The notes beneath the pieces are model-generated. The model did no database searches. It had not been told where the DNA came from and saw only the letters and a program-made list of their open reading frames with translations. Positions 11,773 to 37,259 of a stretch of 64,000 bases of DNA are shown one piece after another; within the stretch, counting starts at the first letter, position 1, and every line of letters begins with the position of its first letter. A program made the position numbers and the translations under genes. Source of the stretch: Eledone cirrhosa (taxonomy: Eukaryota); the NCBI GenBank assembly GCA_964016885.1, contig OZ024743.1:155186001-155250000 (forward strand). The letters run 5' to 3'.

Positions 11773-12354
11773 CCCACTCTTATTTTGCTGCTGGCTGGTT
11801 GGTTGTAGGAGAAATACGCAGGCATCAATATATTCAAATAGGATATATAATGAGCATCATATTCGTCAATATGAGAACATACGAATAATTTAATAGCAGA
11901 AGTAATATGAAATGTACTTAAATTAAAGAGAAGAATAAAACCAAAAACAAACTGATATATTAGAACGTCTTTAATAGAAGAGGATGTTATATAGTGTTAA
12001 ATATTTATACTGTTGGAAATGTATTTCCATTCTCATTAATTTCTGATGCAACAGAAAGTTTGGTTTGCATACACATCCAGCTAACTGTGCATGGCATTCT
12101 TCTGTTCCGGCATTTTATTTTCTCAAGAGATGTAAACATCTCATATGTCAATCAACTTGATTGTTGTACATTAAACGGATCGATTTCACTTCATTTCATG
12201 ATGATACATCTCGTAAATACAGATCGTAAAGGGACGTAACTGTGCCTGAAAGCATGTCTGACCCTCTACCGATTCTGCCAATTCACTAATAATACGAACA
12301 AACCAGAGAAGAATTTAATTGCAAAGCATTAGACTGTTTCATACGCTTATTAGC

Positions 12355-12539
12355 GGCAAACGATTGGCAGTATCAGTAGTGCGTCGGACAACATGATTTG
12401 TGATATTGGTTACGGTTCTTTACGTTCTGAGGTCAAATCCTATCTGTAAAATAAAGTACCATTGTCGCAGAAGGGTCGATTTTATCGACATTTCCCTCCC
12501 CAAATGTGTTAGCCTTGGGTTTAAATCAGAAATCATTAT
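12355..12539 (+). mobile_element. tRNA-derived SINE, internally deleted (duplicate ~25004-25188)
   Basis: A-box-like TGGCAGTATCAGTAG, B-box-like GGTCAAATCC, TAAAATAAAGTACCA..GGGTCGAT..ATCGAC and a GAAATCATTAT tail. Homologous to the 29.8k, 50.4k and 57.4k copies. Confidence 0.75.
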
Positions 12540-12779
12540 GTAAAAGGAGAGTTGAAAAAGCTGGAACAGTAAAATGTCAGGCGAGATAATTTATTATTAG
12601 TTCATTTAATCTGTTTCTGGCTTTAGATTCAATCCACAGTGGATAAATTTATTTTTATATCTTAATTTAAAGCATAATTACCAGTATTTTTAATAATTTA
12701 AATTTGAACGACTTCCTCAATCTCTGGGGGTGATCATGTTCAATTATAGTAGACAAGGCATATCTTTCACTTTGATACA

Positions 12780-13400
12780 AACAAACGCATCGACAATGAT
12801 GAACTATGAAAAGAGATATGAAATCATGTTTGCGTATATCATTAAATCATATTATCTACTTATTCACATGCAAACATCAGAGCGACATACATAAAGACCT
12901 ACCATTTCTTCTACAATATACTGAGATGTGTATTATTCTTCCAAATAATATTTGCCTTGTTTCTTGTAAAAATAAATCCCTTCTATGCTGTTTCGAAGAT
13001 GATGCTTGTCAAATTGTTTTGATCCAATGCATTTCGGAAATTGTTTCATCACATATTAGTCAGCACATTCGAGAATATGGCATCACAGGTATATACAATA
13101 TAAAATATATCTTACATATTGACCTTCTAGCAATAGTGAGCTTAAATTAAAATTCAGTGCATAAACTAAGTATTATTCCTGTTAAAAATATTAGGGTTTT
13201 GTTATTGCTAATAAATTAATCAGTAGCGTGCTGGCGATAAATATATCTTTGAGTATGTTAGATCCATTACTGTTCATAGATGTAGGTAATTTGCGAATAC
13301 TACAATGGAAACATGAATATTATTGTGCTAACTTTTCCACCTCTGTTCAGACCTTACTCTGAAGATAAAAGAAAGGCCTAACATCGTCAGGATAGTGACT
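12780..13400 (+). mobile_element. Possible ancient non-LTR RT remnant
   Basis: ORF 12806..13150 has LLCCFEDDAC..EYGITG, resembling RT motifs 5-6 (FADD..GL.IN). No other motif confirmed. Confidence 0.3.
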
Positions 13401-13574
13401 CAGCACGCAAAGGGTCTTAACTCTATGTGGATATAATCGATTTTTCTTTACGTATTTACCTTATGAGTGTTCTTGATATTTCTTCTTATTTTGATAATAA
13501 ATTCTTACCTTACTATAAATCATCCTCATCAACCATTTCTTTCTTTTTTTTCTTTCTTTCTTTGTATCTTTCAT

Positions 13575-13652
13575 TCTTCTTCTTCTTCTTCTTCTTCTTC
13601 TTCTTCTTCTTCTTCTTCTTCTTCTTCTTCTTCTTCTTCTTCTTCTTCTTCT
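13575..13652. repeat. (TTC)n microsatellite
   Basis: Perfect trinucleotide tract; three units shorter in duplication copy 2. Confidence 0.97.
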
Positions 13653-13664
13653 TTTTAATTATTA

Positions 13665-14215
13665 TGGCAGTGCGAGCAAGAAGCTTTGCCAGTTCGAGAT
13701 AACCTCTACAGGAATGGAAGTGGCGTCAGTTGTATCTGTACTCGGTGTGCGCAGGGCGAAGAAACTGTCCTGGGTGCACTCGTCGAGTGTCCACGTATAG
13801 CTGACCTGTGGGTTTATGTCGTGCACTTGCTGTCACGTGCAGGATTGATCTGACAATCAACTGAGCCCATTGTAGATATCGCCCCACCGTCCTCTTTTAG
13901 AGGGAAAGAGCAGGCAGTTTTTATGTACTTGGTGGCCACGATGAAAGAGGTCATGTGGTGGACGCATTTAAAAGGGTTGAATACAGCATTTTCATTTTCG
14001 GCTAAGCCATGCTAAACTTTTTCAGCTTTCGCTTGAAGAGGAAAATCAGTTAAGCGTTGCCTTTGAACCAGTTTGTTGTAAGTTGGGTGAGAGATTGGCG
14101 AGAATGATCCGTGTGAATGGGCCTGCCTTGATCATATGCCTGTAGAATGGAGTAGAAAAACTGGGAGAGGGCTCTTCGCCCTAGCGGACAGTGTAGACTT
14201 TCATGTGGTACTTTT
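13665..14215 (+). mobile_element. Decayed Tx1 3' fragment (duplicate ~26305-26855)
   Basis: TGGCAGTGC..AGCTTTGCCAGTTCGAGATAA and GGTGGCCACGATGAAAGAG match the Tx1 C-terminal region. It begins right after ATTATTA. Confidence 0.8.
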
Positions 14216-14459
14216 GATTAATATACCCTCAACCAACATGTCTTATGAAGTTAAGAAAACATAACCATAACTCGAATGTTAAAACAAAAGAGGATGCTTG
14301 GGATAAAAACTGTACTGGTAATCTATTAACAAAAATTGAAAATGTAAACACTGCAACACTTGTCTCAGAGAAAAACATCAGCGTAACCAAACTATCAGTT
14401 ATTTTGAAACAAAGAAATTGGATGGACATGAAAAACAAAACCAAAAATGCAATTTTATC

Positions 14460-14824
14460 GCGTATCACCTCTCTGCACGACTGTCTGTCTGCACAACTTT
14501 AACGCCTATATCGCCTCTCTGCATGACCGTCTGTATCAGCTCTCTGCACGACTGTCTGTCGGCACAACTTTAACGCCTATATCGCCTCTCTGCATGACTG
14601 TCTGTTTCACCTCTCTGCACGACTGTCTGTATGCACAACTTTATCTCCTATATCACCTCTCTACACGACCGTCTGTCTGCACAACGTTATCGCTTATATC
14701 ACCTCTCTGCACGACTGTCTGTCTGCATGCCTCCATTGTCTATCAGTTCGACTGTATGTCTGCACAACCTGATCGCCTATATCACCTCTCTGCACGACTG
14801 TCTGTCTGCACAACTTAATCGCCC
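14460..14824 (+). repeat. ~46 bp minisatellite, about 8 degenerate units (duplicate ~27100-27464)
   Basis: Unit TATCACCTCTCTGCACGACTGTCTGTCTGCACAACTTTAACGCCTA. Confidence 0.9.
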
Positions 14825-15368
14825 ATAGTAGTAAAGTCCGGCGTTGCTCGGGCTGCTAAGTAGCTGTGTTAAAATTATAATGTTAAGTTCATTTCTTGGC
14901 TTAAAAACTGTAGAGTCTACAGTGTATGCTTTCATGTGGTAACTAAATGAATATCTCACAAGGCTTTATTCAAGAGTATATATATAGAGATCAATGCTTT
15001 TTTTACAAAGTATTTTCTTGTTTTACTGTGTATTCAAATAGGCTTGTTTTCAAGTAAAAATAATGTTTTAAAATACTTTTTAATGGAAATGAAGCAAAAT
15101 GGACGCTTAATGTTGAAACTTCGAACTCATGAATATTGCAGGTTAAATTTTGCTGGCCCGAAAACTGTTCGTGTATTTTTTGTACTTTTGCACGCGTAGT
15201 TTGTTCGTAACGTAAATAGATAAACAAATGACACCATAAAATGAAAATAACTCGTCTCTCATCTCTATTATTTCTCATACACTCTCTCTCTCTCTCTCTG
15301 TCTCTCACTCATACCCCCTCTCTCTCTCTCTTCCTCTACATAATGGAGAACAATAAAGTAAGCGCAGA

Positions 15369-15418
<50 letters not shown>

Positions 15419-16446
15419 CCTCCCTCTCTCTCGCTCTCTCTCTCTCTCTGTCTTTATATATATATATGTGTTTGTGTGTGTGTGAGAATCAGCGTTCGTC
15501 ACCATTCTTTCTCTCTCTGTCTCTCTATCTGATTATCTTGTACCTCTATCTGTATAACAACCTATCTCATTCTCTCTCTCTACATCTCCATTTCTCTCTT
15601 TAGATGTATATGTATATGTGTAGTAGTGTATATGTGTAGTAGTGTATTCAAATAGGCTTGTTTTCAAGTAAAAATATGTTATACATAGTTGCACAAACAA
15701 CATTACAAATAGTTTGCAATTCCTTCAGAATGAAAATATAAACAGAGCATACAGATAAATTTACAGTAGAATATATACATAAATAACATTACAAATGCCT
15801 AGGTAACACAACAAAGGATGATACGACGAAAGATATATTCCTTCAATGTTACAATATTAAAGAAAAGGTAAAGGAAGGGGTGAAGAACGGATCAACCCCA
15901 GAGCAAAAGACAGCAACGTCGCTAGTACTGGGCAACCTGTCTAATGATTTTTGATGCAAGCCAGCACACTCTCAGCGTTGCCTCGGGTGATGGCGAGGCT
16001 GATGCGCTGAATAATTGTTTTTAAAGGCTTTTTAATGGAAATTAAGCAAAATGGAAACTTAAATTTGAAACTTCGAAATCATGAATTTTGCAGGTTAACA
16101 TTTTGCTGGCCCGAAAGCTGTTCGTGTATTTTTTGTACTTTTGCACGCGTTGTTTGTTCGTAACGAAAATAGATAAACAAATGACGCCATAAAAGGGAAA
16201 TAACTCGTCTCTCATCTCTATTTATACATTTGAACTGAAAAATCAATACATTGCAAATTCGATTTTTGCACTTGGCGTGGGACGATTTGAAATTTTTTTG
16301 AACGATGTCCCCGCCGGATTTTCATCTATAAGTCTAGCAATTTCACCGAAATTTGGAGGTACCGTTTAGGAGGAGATGTGTGCCGACCGTTTCAGTAGAC
16401 AGACAGATAGTCAGACGACATCAGTTTTATAAATATATATATATGA
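14825..16446 (-). mobile_element. Non-autonomous Helitron (duplicate 27465-29082)
   Basis: Minus 5' end A|TCATATATATATATTTATAAAACTG..CTGTCTGTC. 3' hairpin CCCGAGC-AAC-GCCGG followed by a degenerate CTAG (CTAT). The body is shared with 30200-31406. Confidence 0.7.
15676..16009 (-). mobile_element. CRE-clade-like non-LTR 3' end captured inside the Helitron
   Basis: 16009-15941 reads QRISLAITRGNAESVLACIKNH*, matching the QRIS.AIQRGNA terminus typical of CRE-type RLE elements. The segment is absent from the paralogous sequence at ~15060. Confidence 0.7.
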
Positions 16447-16600
16447 TTATATTCTTAGTCAGTGTTATAAATTTCATTTTGCACAAAAAACACACTGTAT
16501 CATCCTGTGCTGTCTTTAATGTTTGCTAACTGTGAGCTCCATGTGGTTAATACATACATTATTATTATTATTATTTTTATTATTATTATTATTATTATTA

Positions 16601-16707
16601 CTAGCAGAGGTACCCGGCGTTGCTCGGGTATTATATAGCAGTTATGTATATCATTCATGTCAATACTTCAGTGTTGCTTCGTAAACTATACTTTTACAAA
16701 ATCATCG
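16601..16707 (-). mobile_element. Helitron 3' terminus, cut by the duplication junction
   Basis: Minus CCCGAGCAACGCCGGG-TACCTCTG-CTAG|T, identical to 29237-29343. Confidence 0.8.
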
Positions 16708-29343
<12,636 letters not shown>

Positions 29344-29761
29344 ACTTTTTCCAAAATAGGGTTCCTGCCCCCAGTGGTCCCCTACTCAATATATGCCAAT
29401 TCTGAGAGTTGACCTTCATCTGTAGAACAAACGTAGCCCATGTGTCAAGATTGTGAAAATCGGTTGCGAACTCCAGAAATTATGACGTTTTGTTGCATTG
29501 CACGGCAGTGCTTCAGTCGACTCCAAAGAGGTGGATAAAGGGGGTTATCTGCCGCGAGGCCCTATAAACAATATTTGGAAAAATGGAAGTGCTCATGACC
29601 ATCCATCCGGAGTACATAAGTAACCTATGTCTTAAGTTTAGTGCGCGTGCTAGTTTGTGTATGTATTTGTGTGTGCGTATGTATATGTATGTGTATGTAC
29701 GTCGGCGCATACGTATGTACTGGTCTAAATCTTCACTATTTACTTTTACTATTTTAAGGCA

Positions 29762-29878
29762 AAGTTAAAATCCCGTCGAGGTTAACTTTGCATTTTATCC
29801 TTACGGGGTCGATAAAATAAAGTACCATTAATGTACTGGATAATTACTGGCCTTGTGCCAAACGTAGAAATAACTATT
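29762..29878 (+). mobile_element. SINE 3' half
   Basis: AATCCCGTCGAGGTTAACTTTGCATTTTATCCTTACGGGGTCGATAAAATAAAGTACCA..GGCCTTGTGCCAAA. Confidence 0.75.
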
Positions 29879-30374
29879 TTAATAACCACTGTCATTTTCA
29901 TTTACAATTTTATTTACATCATTCTTAATCTCCGGGGCAGGAAATCATTCTGTTATTTTAAATAGAATATTAGTCTAATGACTCCATTTACACCATAAAC
30001 TTGGTCTTGTCTTTGCATGAAATTGTACTTCTCAGTCCACATAACGACGTATTATCCTCGCTTTGTTTTTCGTTCATTACCAGGCAACGTCTTGACGAAC
30101 CAAAATACCGTCTTCCTGTTTTCCTTCGGTTGCAACGTTTCTCGAAATATTTAATTCTGCGTTCACAGATATAATTTATTAATTTTAGAAGATCCCGTTA
30201 ATGTTGAAATCAGCGATTCTTTGCTTAAACTTTCTTTCTTTCTCAACCCTCTCCCTTTTTTCTCATCTCTCTCTATCTCTTTCTCTCTCAGTGTCTCACT
30301 CATACCCCATCTCTCTCTCTTCCTCTACAGAATGGAGAAAAATAAAGTAAGCGCTGATCCCCCCCCCCTCTCTC

Positions 30375-30423
<49 letters not shown>

Positions 30424-31699
30424 GTCTTTATATATATATGTGTGCTTGTGTGTGTGAACCAGCGTTCGCCACCATTCTCTCTCTCTCTCTGTTGCTCTAT
30501 CTGATTATATTGTACCTCTCTCTGTATAACAACCTATCTCATTATCTCTCTCTACATCTCCATTTCTCTCTTTATATGTATATTATATGTGTAATATTGT
30601 ATACGTGTAGTAGTGTTTTCAAGTAAAATATTTCATTCATAGTTGCACAAACAACATTACAAATCGTGTGCAATTCCTTCACAATGAAAATATAAACAGA
30701 GCATATAAATAAATTTACAGTAGAATAACATAATACATGTTTTAAATATATACATACTTAACATTACAAATGTATAGGTAACACTATAAAGGATGATTCG
30801 ATGAAAGATATATTCCTTCAATTCTACAATATTAAAGAAAAGTTAAAGGAAGGGGTGAGAACGGAACCAACACCAGAGCAAAAGATAGCAACGTCGCGAG
30901 TACTGGGCAACCTCTCTAATGATTTTTGAGGCAGGCCAGCACACTTGCAGCGTTGCCTCGGGTTATGCGCTGAATAATTGTTATAAAAGGCTTTTAATGG
31001 AAATGAAGCAAAATGGAAGCTTAAAGTTGAAACTTCGAACTCATGAATTTTCCAGGTTAAAATGTTGCTGGCCCGAAAACTGTTCGTGTATTTTTTGTAC
31101 TTTTGCACGCGTAGTTTGTTCGTAACGTAAATAGATAAACAAATGACGCCATAAAAGGGAAATAACTCGTCTCTCATTTCTATGTATACATTTGAACTGT
31201 AAAATCAATACATTACAAATTCGATTTTTGCACTTGGCGTGGGTCGATTTTAATTTTTTTCGGACCGATGTCTCGGCCTGACCTTCATGTATAAGTGTAG
31301 TTATTTAACCAAAATTTGAACGTGCGGTTTAGGAGGAGATGTGCACCGACCGTTTTAGTAGACAGAGAGACAGACAGACAGATACACTCAGTTTTATATA
31401 TATAGATATTGAAGGTGAAGTCACGCTTCTTATCTCCTCCGGTTTTTTTTCAACAGTTTACCTCGTTTTCAACCGTTCTAAACCTTATATTTAAGATTTA
31501 AACTTGATAAAAGTTTAGAAGTGACCCACCTAATACAGGGGTTCACTCGTAACAATACGGTACCCCTTTATAGGGCGTCGTATTTTGTAAAAATAGTATT
31601 TGAAAATAAACATTCTTTCAACATCGATAACACATGAAAGAGAGAGAGCGTTGTCAGACAACACAGGGAGAGGGAAACTTTGTCAACGTATCAAAAAGA

Positions 31700-34600
31700 C
31701 AGCGTTCTAGCGAAGGTAAATATAATAGAAAATATTACGAAGGAAAAGTGGAACAATATCATTTTTAATGATATTGTTACATATGTAATATGACCAAATA
31801 TTTCAAACACAAACAACACCAACGATAACACCAACAACAACACCACCAATAACAACAGCAACGACAAAAATAACAGCGGTAAGGTCGAGAACGACAATGA
31901 CAATGACAATAACAACAGCCACAACAACAATAATAGCAGGAACAGTATTAACAAAAACAACAATAATAACAACAGCCACAATAACAGTAACAACAACAAC
32001 AGTATCAATGAAAACAACAACAACAACAGCAACAACAGTACCAACGAAAACATCAACAATGACATCCATACCTGTAACAGCGATCTCAGCACCACCAGCA
32101 AGACCAGTAGCGGCAGCAATAGTGGTGCCGCTGAAACAGGGGCCACTTCTTTTGCAGGTGGGGCCCGAAATATCGAAATAGTGTTACTCACAGAGGAGGA
32201 GATGGCAGTCGCAAGGGCCATGGTGACAATAAACGCCAATAGAGTTTCACTGAAACCTCCACCCGATTTGTTCAAGGACCAGCAACTACGGACGGTGACT
32301 TACCGCACCGTAAGCAAAATGTCACGTCGTGTGGAGAGAGCCTTGCAGGCTCAAATCCAAAAGGCCTTAGGGTGCGTCGACGCACGCAAAACCCACATCA
32401 CCCGCGACAGAAAGTACGCCACAGTGGACGTACGTTTCGCCACCCCCCCAAGCAGCGAAGTCTCACTCATTAGAAACCCCAAAGAGTGAGGAGATAGTCT
32501 TGGTACCCTCCTAGTGCGGGCAGAAAATTGTGAGAATCAAAGGGACCTAGGTCCCACCCGACGTGCCCATACCTTGTCTGGCCGCGTCTGTTCTTGCTGC
32601 AATCGAGGACAGGACGATTATGCTGCAAGTAGAGAAAATAGAGAGAGGGAACTAGTTAGGTATAGGCATGCAAATGCTTATATAAACTCACCAGGTGTGT
32701 ATCGACACTATCCCTGATATAATAGACATCGTGGAAGGCCTCCAACTCCCTATAAGCGTGGAAGGAAGACGGCCAAAATGTTATATCTCTGGGTCAAAGG
32801 TTCACCTCAGGGCCTTTTGCCCGCAGAAGACAGCGAAGAAGAAGGCCCCCTCCTTCCAATACCTGGTCCGCTGCTACCAAGAGCGGGGCAGGCAACAGAT
32901 TCCGAGGCCCCTTCCACGGTGAGTAGGAGGGCAACATCCGTGGCACCCGTACCAAGGCCAGGGACAACTAAAGCAGCAGCATCATTGGCGGCAACACCAG
33001 TAGCTACATTTGCAGTAGCCGCACCAGCAACAAAATCGCCGGAGGGCGTTCCACTACCACCACCAACAGCCGTGGAGCACATACCCCTACCATATACCAC
33101 GGAATCAGACATGGTGCCTGAGGCGGGAGTGAAGTGGCAAGCGGTCTGCCACATAAAGCAAATAAGAAAAAAACCCTTAGCTTCACCCTCCAAAAGCGAA
33201 GGCACACAAAGAGGGGTACAGGCTGCAAGAAGACTTGCAGTAACACCACCACCATCACCATCACTACAACAAGAACCACCGCCAACAACAACAACCACAC
33301 CACCACCAGCATCACCAAAAACACCAACAAAGCAAACACAACAAAAGACACACCCAACAACAACAAGAAGAAAACAACAAGAAAATCACCCTCTCCACAA
33401 AAAAGTACTCAGCCATAAACATGGCAAATAAAGAAATCATACAACATAAAAAGCAGCACACAGACATCACAGAAAAAAACTACTACACACCACCAACACC
33501 AAGAACATCATACATATCAAATTAGAACAGTACAAACTTTTAAAACAAAAATTCCCCAACGCAGTTGGAGACTTCAGAGGGTCGGTTACCAAGAGGATAT
33601 ACTGACAGCCTCTTGGAAACACAGAGCACCAGCCAAAGAGACGGTTCTACTGTCCCTTCATCTCATGATGAAGGTCAGTGACCCTTTCTCACTTGCTCTG
33701 TTTCTCATCCAACATGGCAGTACTTAGAATAGTCAGTATAAATGTACGTGGACTGGGGCCCTCTTGGAATCAGGGACACCTGCTCAACGACGTCAGGTCA
33801 CTAAACATAGATGTGGGGCCCATCAGCGAGACCAGAATATCCGAAGCACGAGCCTTCGCACCGATCTTCGGCGGCTACGATGTATACGCATCTCCTAGCC
33901 TTCCAGGATCGGGGGGAGGGTTGCCGTCCTTTTTCGGAAAGGCTTGGATCTCGCTATACGGGCAATCTTCGTGGACCCTGAAGGTAAGTCGGTGGGCTGG
34001 ACGTGATCGGCAGCGAAGGTAATGCTTTCAGGCTAGTAGCCGTCTAGGCCCCAACTAGGGCAGGATGGCCAGATTTTTTCATACGTCTAGAGACCTTTCT
34101 TGGAACGTCCCAATCTTTAGTGTTAGTAGGCGACTGAAATGGTATCACGCTGGGATTGTGTGGGACTAGTGGATAGGCGAGGAGCGTGCAAGAGCCTCAC
34201 CAACCTGCTGAGACGTTTTTAACTCTCTGACAGGTATCGATTGGATAACCTGAATGTGCCAATGTGGATATGGACAAATGACATCGGGTCATCCAGATCG
34301 TATCTAGATAGGGTATTCGGCAGGGAACTATATAAGGCTAGTATAGGTTGTCCGCAATTTAAAATAGACGTTTAGGCCAGGCATCGCAACCGATGTGCTT
34401 TTGACGACCGTAGCACAGTGTTGCGAAAAGCCAATAACAGCCGGTGAAATATGGGAAGCGATGGCTAACTGCACGAAGGGTAAATCGCCAGGTTTGGATG
34501 GTCTGCCCTACGAGCTTTATGCATTTATGCCAGACTTGTTCGGTGACCTCTTGGCAGAAGTCTACTGCAAGTAGCAGCAGAACCAGACATTCGCAGTGTT

Positions 34601-36600
34601 GTGAGCCGGGGAGCGGTGGCGCTGCTGAGAAAACCCGAACAAGGGGGATGTTATCGATAACTTCATGCCCATAACTCTGCTAAACGCAGAGTTCAAGATT
34701 GTGGCCAAGGTGGTAGTAGCGAGGTTGGTGCTTGTCGTCGAGGGTCTGGGGTAAGAGGCGTAGACATGTGCCATCCCGGACACATCCATGCACAACAAGC
34801 TCTAACTCATGCGATACATCGTAGAGAGTGTGGTTAAGGAACCGGGCAGGGAGGGGGGTTCTTATTTACTTGGATCAATCCAAAGAATGCAGGAAATCCG
34901 AGTCGGCCTAAGCCCACGAATTTACCGTGACGTGTCGAGCACCAGACACGTCCAGATGCTAGGCACCGTTCTCAATGTTTACGAAGCGGTGACAGGAGCA
35001 AAGAGAAACCAGGAAAAGGCCATGTGCTTGCAGCTCGGCACCTGGAGAGGCAATTCCATGCCGTCCGACAGCGTCGTGGGCTGTTCGACAGGCGGACCGG
35101 TTAAATTGCTCGGGGTCTGGTTCCGACCGGACCTCCAGATGGAGAAAAACTGGAGCGAGGTGACGAGGAAGGTGGCCTCCCACACCCAGAACTGGGCTGA
35201 GAGGAAGTTGTCCCTGAAAGGCCGGGCGGAGTTTCGAATGCTTACATCGCATCCGTCATCTGCTACCGCCTAACCCTCGTCCCTTGCCTCGGCCCAACTC
35301 TCTCCAAAATGGAGCGCCTCCTCTTCCGCTTTTTGTGGAAGGGACGTGTTCCCATGTTCAGACTATCCATATGCTCTCAACCCTCCTTGCGTGGAGGACA
35401 GGGAATGCCATGGCTGATGTTGCGCAAACATGCACTGACGCTGCAACATATGTGGTGCTTCCTAGACAGTGAAGAGGTGTGGCACCGTTCGCCAGGCACG
35501 TTTTTCCACAGCTCGTCTCCTTGACGGAACTGTAGTCCTGGGTCAGGAAAAGACCGAGCGATAGCGCTTCGAAACTGGAATGTCTCCAGGCGCTCACAGC
35601 CCCCTGCCAGCTGTGCACCAGTATCGGTGGAACATCCACCTTGGCGTTATATAAAGGAGTAGTGGAGGGGAAGAGCGACGGCGTTCTCGGGGAGATCCTG
35701 GGCGTCGAAAGAAATCAGTTGTTTGCTCACTTCCGGAGAACTTTCAGCCCAGGGCCTATGGATAACCTGTAGAGATCCTTGGCCTGGCAGTGCTACCGGG
35801 GAGCTTTGCCGGTTCTAGATAAGCTCTATAGGCACAGAAGTGCCGTCAGCCGAGCCTTCCGAGATGCGTGCAGAGCGACGAAACCGTTGTGCACGCACTC
35901 GTTCAGTGACCGAGCATTGCTGACTTGTGTTGCTATGTCGAACAGTTGCTGTTGCGTGTAGGACCGGTCCGGTTACCGACTGAGTCCATTGTGCAGAAGG
36001 TCGCGACATCTTCCTTTGAGGTGGAAGGGCAGGCGACTTTCATCTGCCTGGTGGCCATGGCGAAAGAGATTGTGTGGTGGGCAAGGTTGAATGGGTTAAA
36101 GACAGACACTTTACTCTTCGGCGAATCCTAGATTAACTTTTTCAAGTTTCACTTGAAGAGGATAATCAGGGTGGAGAGGGAAGTGCTGTGTTCTATCAAG
36201 TTTGTTGAAAGGTGTGTGAAAGTAGCTAGAATGATCCGAGTGTACGTGTCCGCTCTGAATATACGCTTGTAGTTTAAGGAATGGGAAAACATTGAGAGAG
36301 GGCGCTTGCCCTGGTGGTCAGGGTGGCCATGGTCTTTCGTGTGATTTTCGCCGCGAGTAAAGCTCGAGGTTTTCCATCCATTGGGGAATTTGTCATTGTT
36401 TCAATTTTCATTTTTATTGTTTATATATATATATATGTTTCTATGTATTTTTTCTTTTTCGTTTCTTATACAACTAATAACAAAATGTACACGCACAAAA
36501 CCCACATCATACAGTCCTGCACCGTCCTGGGCTGTCTGTTATGTTTTTCTTGAAGTCAGCCCCTGTGGTCAATACAGAAATCATCATTATTATTATTATT
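31700..36600 (+). mobile_element. Near full-length decayed L1/Tx1-clade LINE (ORF1 + APE/RT ORF2, internal deletions); 5' boundary uncertain
   Basis: Asn-rich ORF1 start and knuckle EGRRPKCYISGSKVHLRAFCP. APE start LRIVSINVRGLG; RT DNFMPITLLNAEFKI; LSLKGRA; AWQCYRGALPV. 3' end AATACAGAAATC(ATT)n. Confidence 0.9.
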
Positions 36601-37179
36601 TGATATCGTTTAAACTAAACATTTTGAGAGAATTTAGAGATACAACAACAATAATTATTATGGTGCTGTTGTTAGCTGTTTGACCGGGTCGATAAATCTG
36701 TCTATTTATATATTTTGCTGACTTCCTCGTTTCTTGTAATGTGTAGTGGCACTACTACCTTCCATCTGTAACAGGAGGTAGTGAGGGAATAGTGGTGGTA
36801 GCGATGATGGAGTGGTGACGGTGGTGATAGTAGTACTATAGTGATGGTGTTGTCGCTGCTGTTGGTTTGTTTCTAGCTAAATTGGTTGTGGTAGTGGTGC
36901 TGGTGGCGGCGGCGGTGGTGGTTTTGGTGGTGAAATTATTTGGCTATTGTTTTCTTCCATTTGTGACCATTTGTAACCATTCTCTTTTTTTACTATAACA
37001 GTTCTGATACAAAATTAAATAGTTGAGCCCTATGCAATAGTGTTATGTGTTGTTACTTCCCGAGAGTAAGATTGGTGATTTATGTACCATTTGTAATAAG
37101 AATTATTCTATCACAATAGTTTTAAATATGTAAAAAATCAAAAACTTACGGGACTTCCCTATTATACGTAGACTTCCCA

Positions 37180-37257
<78 letters not shown>
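37180..37257. repeat. (ATT)n tract, the tail/target of the Dong A element
   Basis: Perfect repeat adjoining the element's 3' end. Confidence 0.97.

Positions 37258-37259
<2 letters not shown>

Noticed and set aside
14460-14824. CRISPR-like array
   Set aside because: Units are contiguous with no unique spacers; eukaryotic context and no cas genes.
31691-32275. Hydrophobic 194-aa ORF resembling a membrane protein
   Set aside because: It is the antisense reading of the (AAC)-rich Tx1 ORF1 region.
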